Assembly (NCBI GenBank): GCA_964613395.1
Contig: CAZTGO010000002.1
Span: forward strand, 71,366 to 135,365
Reading direction: 5' to 3'
Source of the DNA: an uncultured Candidatus Poseidoniales archaeon
GTDB taxonomy: Archaea; Thermoplasmatota; Poseidoniia; Poseidoniales; Poseidoniaceae
DNA: 64,000 nt
Shown here: positions 1 through 8,811 of the stretch, piece after piece
Layout of the letters: the number at the start of each line of letters is the position of its first letter
Position numbering within the stretch: position 1 is the first letter of the stretch
The notes under the pieces: generated by a model
Databases searched by the model: none
Seen by the model: only the letters and a program-made list of their open reading frames with translations
Told to the model about the DNA's origin: nothing
Program-made: the position numbers and the translations under genes

Positions 1-1132
1 TGTTGATATTGTATACACATGTTTCGCTTTCACCTGGGTACAAAGCGGGTATTGTACACGATGCAGATTGTTCGATTTGGAAATTATTGCCGTTAAAAAT
101 GTCAAAATTAATGACCAAATTTTCAATTGTTTTGTTTCCAAAGTTGCCAACATCAGAATGAACACGTTCTGAGCCATAATAGTACAGGGTGTCTTCAGAA
201 TCATGGCTTGGATGCCAATCAATGATGCCTACATCAATCGTATCATTGATGACGACTGGGATTGTCACAAGGTCATTGTATGTATTTTGGTCTCCATATG
301 GCGTACCTGTGCTCGAAATCATTCCAAATTTTAGAATGTATGTACCTTCCTCTGAATAATTGAATGTTGGTAACTGAACAGTGTACACATCGAGACCCCC
401 CCAATTTGGCAAGTTCGTCACATTTTTGAATTGAGTTTTGAGCATCTGCGTCCCAGTACCATCCCACAACTGCCAACCAAATTCAGATTCAAGATTACAC
501 GAGGTGCAAGATATAACTGTACCTTTCGACTGAATACTGTAATCCGTGTTTGTATTGAGAATTCTTTGACCATTATACTCTGCAAGATTGTCGATATTGT
601 CAAAAGGATTGTAATTTTGATTTGCCGACACGTCGCTGAATTTTTGACTTACATGAATGTTGAACTTGAGATTATCATTAGCTGAAATGTCATCAGCTAA
701 AACGAATTCATACACAACAGTGTAGATTCCGTTTGCATCATCACCCGGGTACCAGAAATCAGTTGAAGAAAAATTATCCACAGAATCACCCGGTATGTTG
801 TTGAGTAGAAATGTCCCTTGGTCTGATGGTGTTGATGTGCAATCCACAATGCCGACATCCCCTTCACAAACGTACCAATTTGCTTGCCGGTTTGAACCAG
901 TTGTGACGCTTCTCATATTTTCTACTGTGACAGTAAAGCTGATGGATTCAGAGAACGGGTACCATCGGTCTTCAACGGGTTCAATAGAGCCAATAATCGC
1001 TAAATCCGTTCCGGAAGTAGCCGCTGCAGATGGTGATAAAAGAAGCAATGAAAATGAAGAAAGGAGGAACAATGCAACGATACCAATAGCACTAGGCTTC
1101 CGTTCTTTTTGCATAGGCTTCGCACCGCTCAT
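1..1132 (-). CDS. Secreted/cell-surface protein; N-terminus complete, C-terminus runs off the left window edge (absent from supplied ORF track)
   Basis: Own minus-strand translation. ATG at 1130-1132 gives MSGAKPMQKERKPSAIGIVALFLLSSFSLLLLSPSAAATSG..., i.e. a basic n-region, a hydrophobic core and an Ala-rich cleavage region (signal peptide). The frame stays open to nt 1 (about 377 codons). Asn/Asp/Thr/Gly-rich composition is typical of beta-sandwich surface proteins. The competing plus-strand ORF 795..1316 has no protein-like features. Confidence 0.6.
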   Translation of the reverse strand, partial: MSGAKPMQKERKPSAIGIVALFLLSSFSLLLLSPSAAATSGTDLAIIGSIEPVEDRWYPFSESISFTVTVENMRSVTTGSNRQANWYVCEGDVGIVDCTSTPSDQGTFLLNNIPGDSVDNFSSTDFWYPGDDANGIYTVVYEFVLADDISANDNLKFNIHVSQKFSDVSANQNYNPFDNIDNLAEYNGQRILNTNTDYSIQSKGTVISCTSCNLESEFGWQLWDGTGTQMLKTQFKNVTNLPNWGGLDVYTVQLPTFNYSEEGTYILKFGMISSTGTPYGDQNTYNDLVTIPVVINDTIDVGIIDWHPSHDSEDTLYYYGSERVHSDVGNFGNKTIENLVINFDIFNGNNFQIEQSASCTIPALYPGESETCVYNIN

Positions 1133-1273
1133 GATATACGCTCGTCAAACGAATTCAAAGACTCATCGCCTATTTGAAGCCAGAATGCATCAAAAAAGAA
1201 GTTATCTTAGAATTCGGAAGAATAAATTGAGATGTAGCGGTAATATCTTCAAATCATTGGTGCTGGTCGAACC

Positions 1274-2359
1274 ATGGAGGGCGTTCAATCGTTCAAAGAC
1301 GATGAACAAGGGTTGACGGCAGTCATCGAATTTTTGTCAGCATTCACGCTTTTTTTGATGATCCTCACTGCATTTTTATCCTTAGCCCAGTTGCAGATGG
1401 GTTCGAATGACCCTTCTCTCGACCGCTTAGATCGCTCTGCAATTCTTGGCATAGACCGTTTGACAGCTTCTGAAGGTTGGTTTGTCCCTGTCGTGAATGG
1501 GGTCTCAGACTATGCGAACGCAACCTCTGACTGGCACTTGGTGCCCATGGATGATTTGGATAATGGTCGGTTACAAGCTGGATTGATCTTAGGAAATAAA
1601 CTGGACCTTCAAAGAATCTCCGCCCTCTCAAACATCACAGAGGAAGCCTTCGCAGCAGGACTTGGACTTGGAGAAAAGATGAGTGTTCACTTGACAATCC
1701 GGGTCGAGCAGAGCGATGTTGAATCCCGAATCGGCCAACTCATCTTTGACGGAGGCACCTTAAGAACGACTGCTACTGCATCCTCAACAGCCTTCAGAAC
1801 ATTCTACCAAGATGGTGAACAGATTCGTGTTATTCTAGAAGTACATGCCAATGCTCAAGTTTCAACAAAAATGACTCTTACCGAGGTAATGACTCGCCCA
1901 TCAAGTTCAGGTCCTGAATGGATTGAAATTTACAATCCGAATCAGTTTGCTGTGTCGTTGAGAGGTTGGTCATTGAACCACACATCGGGTATTTCCTCTA
2001 CAAATTATTTGTTCCAAGGAGGAGTGGTTCCAGGCAATGCTACAACATTGTTTAGCGGTGACCCTTCAACGCAAGTTGTTGGTAACGCCACTGCAGTCAT
2101 AGATTTGGGGAGTGTAGGGTTCCTTGGCGTTGGTCAAGTCAATGCAATATCTGATGGTTCAGGGACTCTTCGACTTCGTTACACTCAACTCGATGAATCC
2201 ACTCCTGGCGAAATCGACGCAGTGACATGGGGCGGGAACACAGGTCTCATTGTAAATTTGGGTCAAAGTATTGAACGGCAGGATTCTTCGCGTTTCAGTC
2301 AATCTTCTTGGGCAATTCAAGAAAACCCAACACCAGGTGAATATGTTCAAAGCGAATAA
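1274..2359 (+). CDS. Pilin-like/membrane-anchored protein with C-terminal lamin-tail domain (LTD)
   Basis: N-terminus MEGVQSFKDDEQG-LTAVIEFLSAFTLFLMILTAFLSLAQ has a short polar leader, a Gly, then about 25 hydrophobic residues. This looks like a class III/pilin-like signal or a signal anchor. The C-terminus EWIEIYNPNQFAVSLRGWSLNH...GSGTLRLRY...EIDAVTWGG matches the LTD hallmark (EW[IV]E[IL]YNP ... GW.L). Confidence 0.6.
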   Translation: MEGVQSFKDDEQGLTAVIEFLSAFTLFLMILTAFLSLAQLQMGSNDPSLDRLDRSAILGIDRLTASEGWFVPVVNGVSDYANATSDWHLVPMDDLDNGRLQAGLILGNKLDLQRISALSNITEEAFAAGLGLGEKMSVHLTIRVEQSDVESRIGQLIFDGGTLRTTATASSTAFRTFYQDGEQIRVILEVHANAQVSTKMTLTEVMTRPSSSGPEWIEIYNPNQFAVSLRGWSLNHTSGISSTNYLFQGGVVPGNATTLFSGDPSTQVVGNATAVIDLGSVGFLGVGQVNAISDGSGTLRLRYTQLDESTPGEIDAVTWGGNTGLIVNLGQSIERQDSSRFSQSSWAIQENPTPGEYVQSE

Positions 2360-2416
2360 ATCAACTCTATGAAGCGGTTATTTCATCAACCATGACGACT
2401 TCGACAGATTGTTCCC

Positions 2417-3199
2417 ATGCAATCGCCTTCCACGTATCAAAGAGATAGATGTGTAACCGGTATCCACGGTCTAGATGAAATTCTTCGAGGAGGTATTCCA
2501 TATGGCTCAACTGTTCTCGCAGCAGGCACTTGCGGCTCGGGAAAGACAACCCTTGGCATGGAATTTCTCGTTCGAGGTGCTCTTGCAGGAGAGGCCTGTG
2601 CTCATTTCACAGCAACAGAACCGTCGGTGAAACTATTGGAAAATATCCGACAATACCAATTTTTTGATATGAACATGGTCGACTCCGGTCTCATCAACGT
2701 TTTTGACATGGACGTGTTGTATTCGTGGCTAGGTCTTGACAAGGCCTCCTTCGATTTGGACGACGTTCATGCCCTCATCAAAGCGATTGTTGACATCGTC
2801 AATACCATCGGTGTCACACGTCTTGTGATCGACTCTGTGACAACACTTTGTTACAAAATTAAATCAGAACAATTGATTCGAGATTTTTTGTTTACACTTG
2901 GAAAGAAACTTGCAACGTTGGGCTGTACAACCATCTTAATCTCTGAAATCACATCCGCTACAGAGAATGCACACTGGTCTTCATTTGGTGTTGAGGAAGC
3001 AATTGCAGACGGCATCATCGTCATGGGGGATAATGAGCGAATGGGTCATCTTTTGCGATTTTTACAAGTTGTGAAAATGCGAGGGACATACCATAGTCGT
3101 GCAAAACATGCGATTGAATTAACTCCAGTTGGCGTCATGTTAACACCGATGTTAAAGTGGGGTGCACAAATTGACACAACTTCGAGATGGGGGCAATAA
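2417..3199 (+). CDS. KaiC/RadA-like RecA-superfamily ATPase, single domain, intact P-loop
   Basis: GIHGLDEILRGGIPYGSTVLAAGTCGSGKTTLGMEFL combines the KaiC-type N-terminal motif with Walker A GxxGSGKT. Walker B-like RLVIDSVT is present. Confidence 0.8.
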   Translation: MQSPSTYQRDRCVTGIHGLDEILRGGIPYGSTVLAAGTCGSGKTTLGMEFLVRGALAGEACAHFTATEPSVKLLENIRQYQFFDMNMVDSGLINVFDMDVLYSWLGLDKASFDLDDVHALIKAIVDIVNTIGVTRLVIDSVTTLCYKIKSEQLIRDFLFTLGKKLATLGCTTILISEITSATENAHWSSFGVEEAIADGIIVMGDNERMGHLLRFLQVVKMRGTYHSRAKHAIELTPVGVMLTPMLKWGAQIDTTSRWGQ

Positions 3200-3201
3200 T
3201 C

Positions 3202-3786
3202 ATGTTTGAGTTCGATCAAAATATAGCCCAGCAACTTTCTGAAGTTTCACTCAACAGTTCGGTTCAAGTACGTGTTGGGAACTCAAATGCATTTAGTGTG
3301 ACTGCGAGCACAATCATTCCGCTTATGCAGATGTATGAAATGGGAGGCGTTTACATTTCAGCGAGCAGAGGGGCAGTCGAAATTATTCAAGCATTCGAGG
3401 CCATAGGTGTGGACGTATCTCATATTCAATTCGTTGACTTGGTGTCGTCAGGAATCCTCGGTGGAACTGATGTGCCATACAACAATATTCATTTCGTCGA
3501 TAGTCCAATTATGCTCGAAAGTATATTGCTTCGCACGTTGTATATCTTACAAACATCAGGGAGCCCCAGGAATTTTGTCTTCATGGACAGTGTAAACGCA
3601 TTGGCAATTTACAATGAGGACAGAATGTTAGCAGAATATCTCCACACATTCATCAACACATTTCGCCAACGAGAGATTCTCTCTGTGGTCATAAATGTTC
3701 CAGACCAAACCCCGCCACTCGTTTTGTCGAATTTGGATTTGTATTGCACTGACCTCATCGATAGAGGAAACGTCGTCATTATGTGA
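3202..3786 (+). CDS. RecA/KaiC-fold paralogue lacking a P-loop (predicted pseudo-ATPase)
   Basis: ATG 3202 lies 3 nt after the upstream stop; the alternative ATG 3187 overlaps that gene. Size and layout parallel the neighbours, with FVFMDSVNALAIY at the Walker B position. The Walker A position reads VGNSNAFSVTAS. The family call is by positional analogy only. Confidence 0.45.
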   Translation: MFEFDQNIAQQLSEVSLNSSVQVRVGNSNAFSVTASTIIPLMQMYEMGGVYISASRGAVEIIQAFEAIGVDVSHIQFVDLVSSGILGGTDVPYNNIHFVDSPIMLESILLRTLYILQTSGSPRNFVFMDSVNALAIYNEDRMLAEYLHTFINTFRQREILSVVINVPDQTPPLVLSNLDLYCTDLIDRGNVVIM

Positions 3787-3796
3787 GGTGAAAAAT

Positions 3797-4600
3797 ATGG
3801 CAAAGAAAATTGAGTTCTCAAAAGAAGATGAGGAATTCTTCGGAACAATGGGCTCCTTCGGAATTCCAAAATTCGACAGTGCAATGAGGGGCGGCGTCCC
3901 ACGGGGCTTTACTATCATAGCGTTTACAGAAACTGGTAGCGGTAGCGATTTGTTTGCAAAACAATTTGTTTCTCCTGCCGAAGAACCTGAGAATTCGCTC
4001 TACATAGCAACCGACGAAGGTCAACAAGACATCGTTCGTATTTTCCAAAAATACGACTGGCCCCTCGATATCAAAGTTCGAACGATTGGTGAGGAATACA
4101 ACAGCAACGTTCTTGAGAAACAATTGCTAGCAAGTCGGTACAGGCTTGAAGGATTTCAATTAAGCGATATTCAACGACTTGCACAAACAAGATTTGTTCA
4201 AGAATCGACACAAGATTTCCTTACAGAAGTAACGAATGAGGTCATGGCACTTGGTCCTTATTTCAGAGCTGTTATCGATAACATGGATTTCTTTCTTCAA
4301 AGAGAAGATCCAACTCGAGTAATTTCAATGATAAGAATGCTTCAAGCACATGCTCAGATGGTTCGTGGTCTTTTGTTTATCTGCGTATCATCCGAAGGAC
4401 TTGACAAATCAGTCAAGCAAGAATTATCTTCAATTTCTGACATGACCCTCTCGTTCAGAGTTCGAACGATAGGTTCGGATTTTGAGACATCAATGATCGT
4501 ATCAAAGTTTAGGAACGCTCCTGAAAATTTGAAAATGCTTGTTTTCCGTGTAACGCCAGAAGAAGGTATTACGCCAGAAACTGTGGAACGTATCGCTTGA
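3797..4600 (+). CDS. KaiC-like paralogue with degenerate Walker A
   Basis: ATG 3797 is preceded by GAGGTGA. GIPKFDSAMRGGVPRGFTIIAFTETGSGSDLFAKQF aligns with the KaiC motif of 2417..3199, but GKT is replaced by GSD. Walker B-like AVIDNMD is present. The track start at 3695 overlaps the upstream gene and was rejected. Confidence 0.6.
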   Translation: MAKKIEFSKEDEEFFGTMGSFGIPKFDSAMRGGVPRGFTIIAFTETGSGSDLFAKQFVSPAEEPENSLYIATDEGQQDIVRIFQKYDWPLDIKVRTIGEEYNSNVLEKQLLASRYRLEGFQLSDIQRLAQTRFVQESTQDFLTEVTNEVMALGPYFRAVIDNMDFFLQREDPTRVISMIRMLQAHAQMVRGLLFICVSSEGLDKSVKQELSSISDMTLSFRVRTIGSDFETSMIVSKFRNAPENLKMLVFRVTPEEGITPETVERIA

Positions 4601-4653
4601 TTGTATACTTCACCAATACGACAGGTCATTAAAGACCTGCAATTCGGAAGTAT

Positions 4654-5412
4654 ATGGCGGAACGCTCATCCACTGGGGGTTACGACCCTTCTGGGATTGA
4701 CGATGATGAGTGGGAAATATTAGAACGTCAACTCGAACAGACTATTCCACACTACGATAAAGTAAACACATGGATGACATTCGGTCAAGACAAAAGGTGG
4801 AGACGAAACGTCCGCAATCATGCCTCAAGCGGAATGAGTGTGCTTGAGGTTGGATGTGGTCCAGGTTCGTTTGCAGTGGATATCGAGGGTGTTGATTTGA
4901 CATGCCTCGACCCTTCTGATGAGATGCTGAAAGTTGCGGAGTTGAGGGTAGGGGCTGCGAGAAAAAAGAGAGGTGAGCCCGATGCGAAATTCGTTCAAGC
5001 GGTGGCTGAAGATATGCCATTTGAGGACCACTCATTCGATTTTGTTTGTTGTCTCTTTTCATTTCGTGATTTCAAGGATAAAAAACAAGGTCTAACTGAA
5101 ATTCTTAGAGTGCTAAAGCCTGGTGGGCAACTCGTCATTTGTGATGCAGGCAAAGCGAATTGGCTGCACGGCCTTTTTGGCTACCTGTGGATGAATACAG
5201 CGGTGCAAATCATCGCAAGACTCGTCACAAAGGAAAAAGATCACGCTTGGAAAGGCCTTGCCAAATCATACACTCACTATGGTACGAACGGGTATTATAG
5301 GCGGATGCTCAAAGACGTTGGTTTCACCCGCGTTCAGGGGAGGCTTCTCCTACCTTTCGGCATGGCGAGCCGATTCCGTGCTACAAAACCTAAAGGCAAT
5401 GCTGCGAACTAA
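4654..5412 (+). CDS. UbiE/MenG-family class I SAM-dependent methyltransferase
   Basis: HYDKVNTWMTFGQDKRWRRNV is the UbiE/COQ5 N-terminal signature. VLEVGCGPGSF is SAM motif I. LKPGGQLVICD is the post-I/III motif. Confidence 0.8.
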   Translation: MAERSSTGGYDPSGIDDDEWEILERQLEQTIPHYDKVNTWMTFGQDKRWRRNVRNHASSGMSVLEVGCGPGSFAVDIEGVDLTCLDPSDEMLKVAELRVGAARKKRGEPDAKFVQAVAEDMPFEDHSFDFVCCLFSFRDFKDKKQGLTEILRVLKPGGQLVICDAGKANWLHGLFGYLWMNTAVQIIARLVTKEKDHAWKGLAKSYTHYGTNGYYRRMLKDVGFTRVQGRLLLPFGMASRFRATKPKGNAAN

Positions 5413-5494
5413 TATCCCACGAAATCATTGCGTTATAGTCATAAACCCCACTTGTTTGGTCGGGACACAGGTGGTCTTTTTGGGTATTCGAGAA

Positions 5495-5797
5495 GTGAGA
5501 AAAAGTGTCTCCGAAGCCGCAGCACATGCTGAGAAGCAATTAGAAGATGCGAAGAAATCTGCTGAGAAAAAAATCGCTGATTCGAGAAAGAAAGCTGCAG
5601 ATATGATCACTAAGGCCCATGAAGATGCGACCACCTCCTCAAAATCTACTATTGAAGAGGCACGCTCAAACGCTCAAAAAGACGCTGACAAAGTGAAGAA
5701 GGATGGACTCAAGTCCATTGAATCAATTCAAGCATCGTATGAGAAAAACAAGGATAAGGCCGTTCAGTCGGTATTGGACGCAGTTTTGAACGCCTGA
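5495..5797 (+). CDS. atpH: A-type ATP synthase subunit H
   Basis: About 100-aa Lys/Glu/Ala-rich coiled-coil protein (AEKQLEDAKKSAEKKIADSRKKAADMI...) immediately upstream of atpI. The start is uncertain: in-frame GTG 5471, TTG 5480 or GTG 5495. The track start at 5258 overlaps the methyltransferase. Confidence 0.55.
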   Translation: MRKSVSEAAAHAEKQLEDAKKSAEKKIADSRKKAADMITKAHEDATTSSKSTIEEARSNAQKDADKVKKDGLKSIESIQASYEKNKDKAVQSVLDAVLNA

Positions 5798-5806
5798 GGT
5801 ATAGAT

Positions 5807-7843
5807 ATGTTTGGGACTGTTGACATGGCCAGAATGACGCTGGCAGCAACAGTAGAAAATATGGACGAAATCCTATCGACTTGTGCTCAACTAGGCAATG
5901 TGCATATCGAAGATTATGTGAACTTCGAAGACGGCATTGGAGTTGGAAAAGCAAATGCAAACGAATCCGCAAACAAAGCAAGTTCAATGCTTGCTAAAGT
6001 GAGGGCTGCAAATGCGCACTACAAAAACGTCAACACAGACGGCCCAATATCAGCAAAAGAACTGAAAGCATTGGCTGAAGGAGAATTTGTTGACGAGGTC
6101 AACCTAGCCTTGTCATACGCATCAACAGTCCGAGAATGTGAGGCTGAACGAAATTCAATTTCGGAACAAATCAATTTGCTCACAAAACTTGCACCATTGG
6201 GCATAGAAGTTGAACTGCTGACAAGCACATCTCACATTGACATGTTCGTTGCAGAGGTGGCCAAAGCGAGTAAAGTTGGACAGGCTTTTGCGGGTATCGG
6301 TAACGATGTTCGATTTGAAACCGGTCCAGGAATTGTCGTTGTTGCTTGTTCCCCTGCAAAATCAACCGAAGTTCAAACCATCCTTGGAGGGCTAGGGGCT
6401 CGCCCCATCCAAATTCCTTCAGGCGAAGGTAAACCCTCTGATATCATCACACAACTTCGTGCTAGAATGGTCGAACTTGAATCCGAGATGAACGATGCTG
6501 AGGCAAAAGGAATGGCGTGGTCAAAGAAGCACGGAAGAACCATGGTTGCTTTGGAGGAGTACCTCACTCGGATTGATTCAATCAATACTGCACCAACAAT
6601 GCTGGCAGTCTCTGACATGGCATTTGTTCTTGATGCTTGGGTTCCCCTCGGGGATGCAAAGAGCATTCAAAGCACTCTTGCGCCCCTTGCATCCCACATT
6701 GAAATCGAAAAGCATGTTGATGACCACCATGGGCACCACGACCACGATCATCATGAACCAACACCGCCAGTTGCATACGAAAACGGAAATGTCTCGAAAC
6801 CTTTTGAATTGATGGTCGATCTCGTCGGCCGACCGAAGTACGGCACTATCGACCCAACATTCTTCATTATGATGACATTCCCATTCATCTACGGCTTGAT
6901 CCTCGGAGATTTCGGCTATGGTCTGATTATATTCTTGCTCGGTTTGTGGCTAGGTAAGCAACCATTCGCAGTTGACCCAGTGGCAAAGAACGGCGTGACT
7001 ATTCTCAAGTGGATGGGTGTTTGGTGTATTATTTGGGGCCTCATTTTCGCAGAAGGATTCGGGTTTGTTTGGGATAACTCCACTTCACACAAAACAATAC
7101 CCATCCTCGTACCATTGTATGACTGGACATATGCCCACATTCATTTCCCACACTTCTTTGATTCACTCCTGAATTTGAAACTGCATGTTCCATTCCACAG
7201 GGCAGACGAGAAAGTCATTTCTAACTACGTACTTATCTCAATTTACCTTGGAGTAGGCCACCTTCTCTTTGGATTCATCATCGGTTTCATCAATGCATTC
7301 AACGCCCACGGCATTGGAGCAGCATTCTTCGAAAAAGGTTCATTCATTCTCATTCTCATCGGAGGATTCCTCCACGCCAGACAAGTGGTTGGCTACGGAG
7401 GCGAGATGTTCATTCTATCCGCATGGACTGGAATGGTCATCGCTGGAGTTTTCTCGCTCATTATCGGCCTTGCTATCTATGAGAAGTTTGGTTGGGCAGG
7501 AGGCGTCATCATGGGACCAATCGAAACCTTCGGGCTTTTGGCGAATACACTTTCCTACCTTCGAGTCATGGCAGTCGGTGTAGCAGGCGTTAAAATTGCT
7601 GAAATCTCCATCACCATCGGGTGGGACATGATGATTCATCCAAGTAACCCTGTAATGATTCTGGTTGGCTTGATCCTCTTTATCCTCATACAAGCGTTTG
7701 CTCTCGCACTTGGATTATTATCGCCAAGTATTCACGCAGCCCGTCTTCACTTTGTTGAATGGATGGGCAAGTTCCACGACGGCTCAGGCCGTCTCTTTAC
7801 ACCGCTAGGCGGAAGAACCCTTCATGTGGAGGGTCAATCATAG
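5807..7843 (+). CDS. atpI: A-type ATP synthase subunit I (stator a-type subunit)
   Basis: 678 aa with a soluble N-terminal half and a multi-TM C-terminal half. The C-terminal half contains LSYLRVMAVGVAG, the conserved SYLR Arg motif of a/I subunits. Operon position supports the call. Confidence 0.9.
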   Translation: MFGTVDMARMTLAATVENMDEILSTCAQLGNVHIEDYVNFEDGIGVGKANANESANKASSMLAKVRAANAHYKNVNTDGPISAKELKALAEGEFVDEVNLALSYASTVRECEAERNSISEQINLLTKLAPLGIEVELLTSTSHIDMFVAEVAKASKVGQAFAGIGNDVRFETGPGIVVVACSPAKSTEVQTILGGLGARPIQIPSGEGKPSDIITQLRARMVELESEMNDAEAKGMAWSKKHGRTMVALEEYLTRIDSINTAPTMLAVSDMAFVLDAWVPLGDAKSIQSTLAPLASHIEIEKHVDDHHGHHDHDHHEPTPPVAYENGNVSKPFELMVDLVGRPKYGTIDPTFFIMMTFPFIYGLILGDFGYGLIIFLLGLWLGKQPFAVDPVAKNGVTILKWMGVWCIIWGLIFAEGFGFVWDNSTSHKTIPILVPLYDWTYAHIHFPHFFDSLLNLKLHVPFHRADEKVISNYVLISIYLGVGHLLFGFIIGFINAFNAHGIGAAFFEKGSFILILIGGFLHARQVVGYGGEMFILSAWTGMVIAGVFSLIIGLAIYEKFGWAGGVIMGPIETFGLLANTLSYLRVMAVGVAGVKIAEISITIGWDMMIHPSNPVMILVGLILFILIQAFALALGLLSPSIHAARLHFVEWMGKFHDGSGRLFTPLGGRTLHVEGQS

Positions 7844-7875
7844 TCCACAGGACAAAATATAATGGAGGAAAAAAT

Positions 7876-8190
7876 ATGAAAACAAAAGCAATGAAAAATG
7901 TAATACGAGCATTGGTCGCACTTTTTGCAATCACAATGATTGCACAAGGTGTAGCTGCTGAACCAGGTGAAGACACACAAGCCAACTGGAACAATGGTAT
8001 GTACGGTGACGTCGGTGTAGGTCTATCACTCGGACTTGCTGCTATTGGTGCAGGCTTCTCACAAGCTGCAATCGGTAGTGCTGCAGTCGGCATGCTTGCT
8101 GAAGACGGATCAAAATTCGGACCAGCGCTCATCTTTACAGCTTTGCCAGAATCTATTGTGATTCTCGGTGCACTGCCACTCTTCCTATGA
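7876..8190 (+). CDS. atpK: A-type ATP synthase subunit K (c/proteolipid), single hairpin with extra N-terminal hydrophobic segment
   Basis: GGAGGA RBS before ATG 7876. Gly/Ala-rich helix GLAAIGAGFSQAAIGSAAVGM is followed by helix 2 LPESIVILGALPLFL carrying the carboxylate. Confidence 0.85.
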   Translation: MKTKAMKNVIRALVALFAITMIAQGVAAEPGEDTQANWNNGMYGDVGVGLSLGLAAIGAGFSQAAIGSAAVGMLAEDGSKFGPALIFTALPESIVILGALPLFL

Positions 8191-8238
8191 GTGAATCAAC
8201 TCTTTCAACACTTGTTGATTGAGTAAGGAGGATTGAAG

Positions 8239-8802
8239 ATGACACTTGAACAAATTAGCGAAGATGTGCGAAAGGAAGCAGAGGCGAAAGCCTCAGAAAT
8301 CGAAGCATCTGCAAAAGCTGAATCGAAGAAATTGATCGATGAAGCCAAGAAACAAGCGGATGAAATTCGATTAAACGCAGAAACAAAGGCACAACGCGAA
8401 GCAGAACAAATTGCACGGGAAGTCGTTGCAAGTGCTCGACAATCAAATCAAAAAGAAGTTCTCATTGCTAAAAGAGCTGCTCTCGATGCAGCGTTTGATA
8501 TGGCAAAGGCTTCAATTTCGGATGTTAAAATGAAAGGGAGGGAGTCACTCCTCAAGTCATTGATTGCAGAAGCAAAAAAGGTTGGTGGAAAAGGATTCAT
8601 CCTTCACCCAGCAGAAGTTGATAAAGCATCTCTTTCAAAATTATCTGGAGACTTTGAGGTTGGTGAAACCATTCAATGCATGGGCGGGTTTATCCTTTCA
8701 TCCAATGATGGTTCAGTATCCTTTGACATGCGATTTGATACGTTACTCGAGCGAGCTTGGTCAGATAACTTAGCGTCAATTAACAACACATTATTTGAAT
8801 GA
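8239..8802 (+). CDS. atpE: A-type ATP synthase subunit E
   Basis: AAGGAGGA RBS about 7 nt before ATG 8239. N-terminal charged coiled coil and C-terminal globular part (GGFILSSNDGSVSFDMRFDTLLE), typical of subunit E. Confidence 0.85.
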   Translation: MTLEQISEDVRKEAEAKASEIEASAKAESKKLIDEAKKQADEIRLNAETKAQREAEQIAREVVASARQSNQKEVLIAKRAALDAAFDMAKASISDVKMKGRESLLKSLIAEAKKVGGKGFILHPAEVDKASLSKLSGDFEVGETIQCMGGFILSSNDGSVSFDMRFDTLLERAWSDNLASINNTLFE

Positions 8803-8811
8803 GGGAAGACA

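Noticed and set aside
795-1316. Track ORF of 173 aa on the plus strand
   Set aside because: It is almost entirely antisense to the edge-truncated minus-strand ORF (1-1132). That ORF has a clear signal peptide and protein-like composition. The plus-strand translation is Arg/Ser/Cys-rich and also overlaps the start of the LTD gene.
5258-5494. N-terminal 79 codons of track ORF 5258..5797
   Set aside because: It overlaps the 3' end of the UbiE-like methyltransferase in another frame, and the translated segment is not protein-like. Only the Lys/Glu/Ala-rich distal 100 aa or so look like AtpH.
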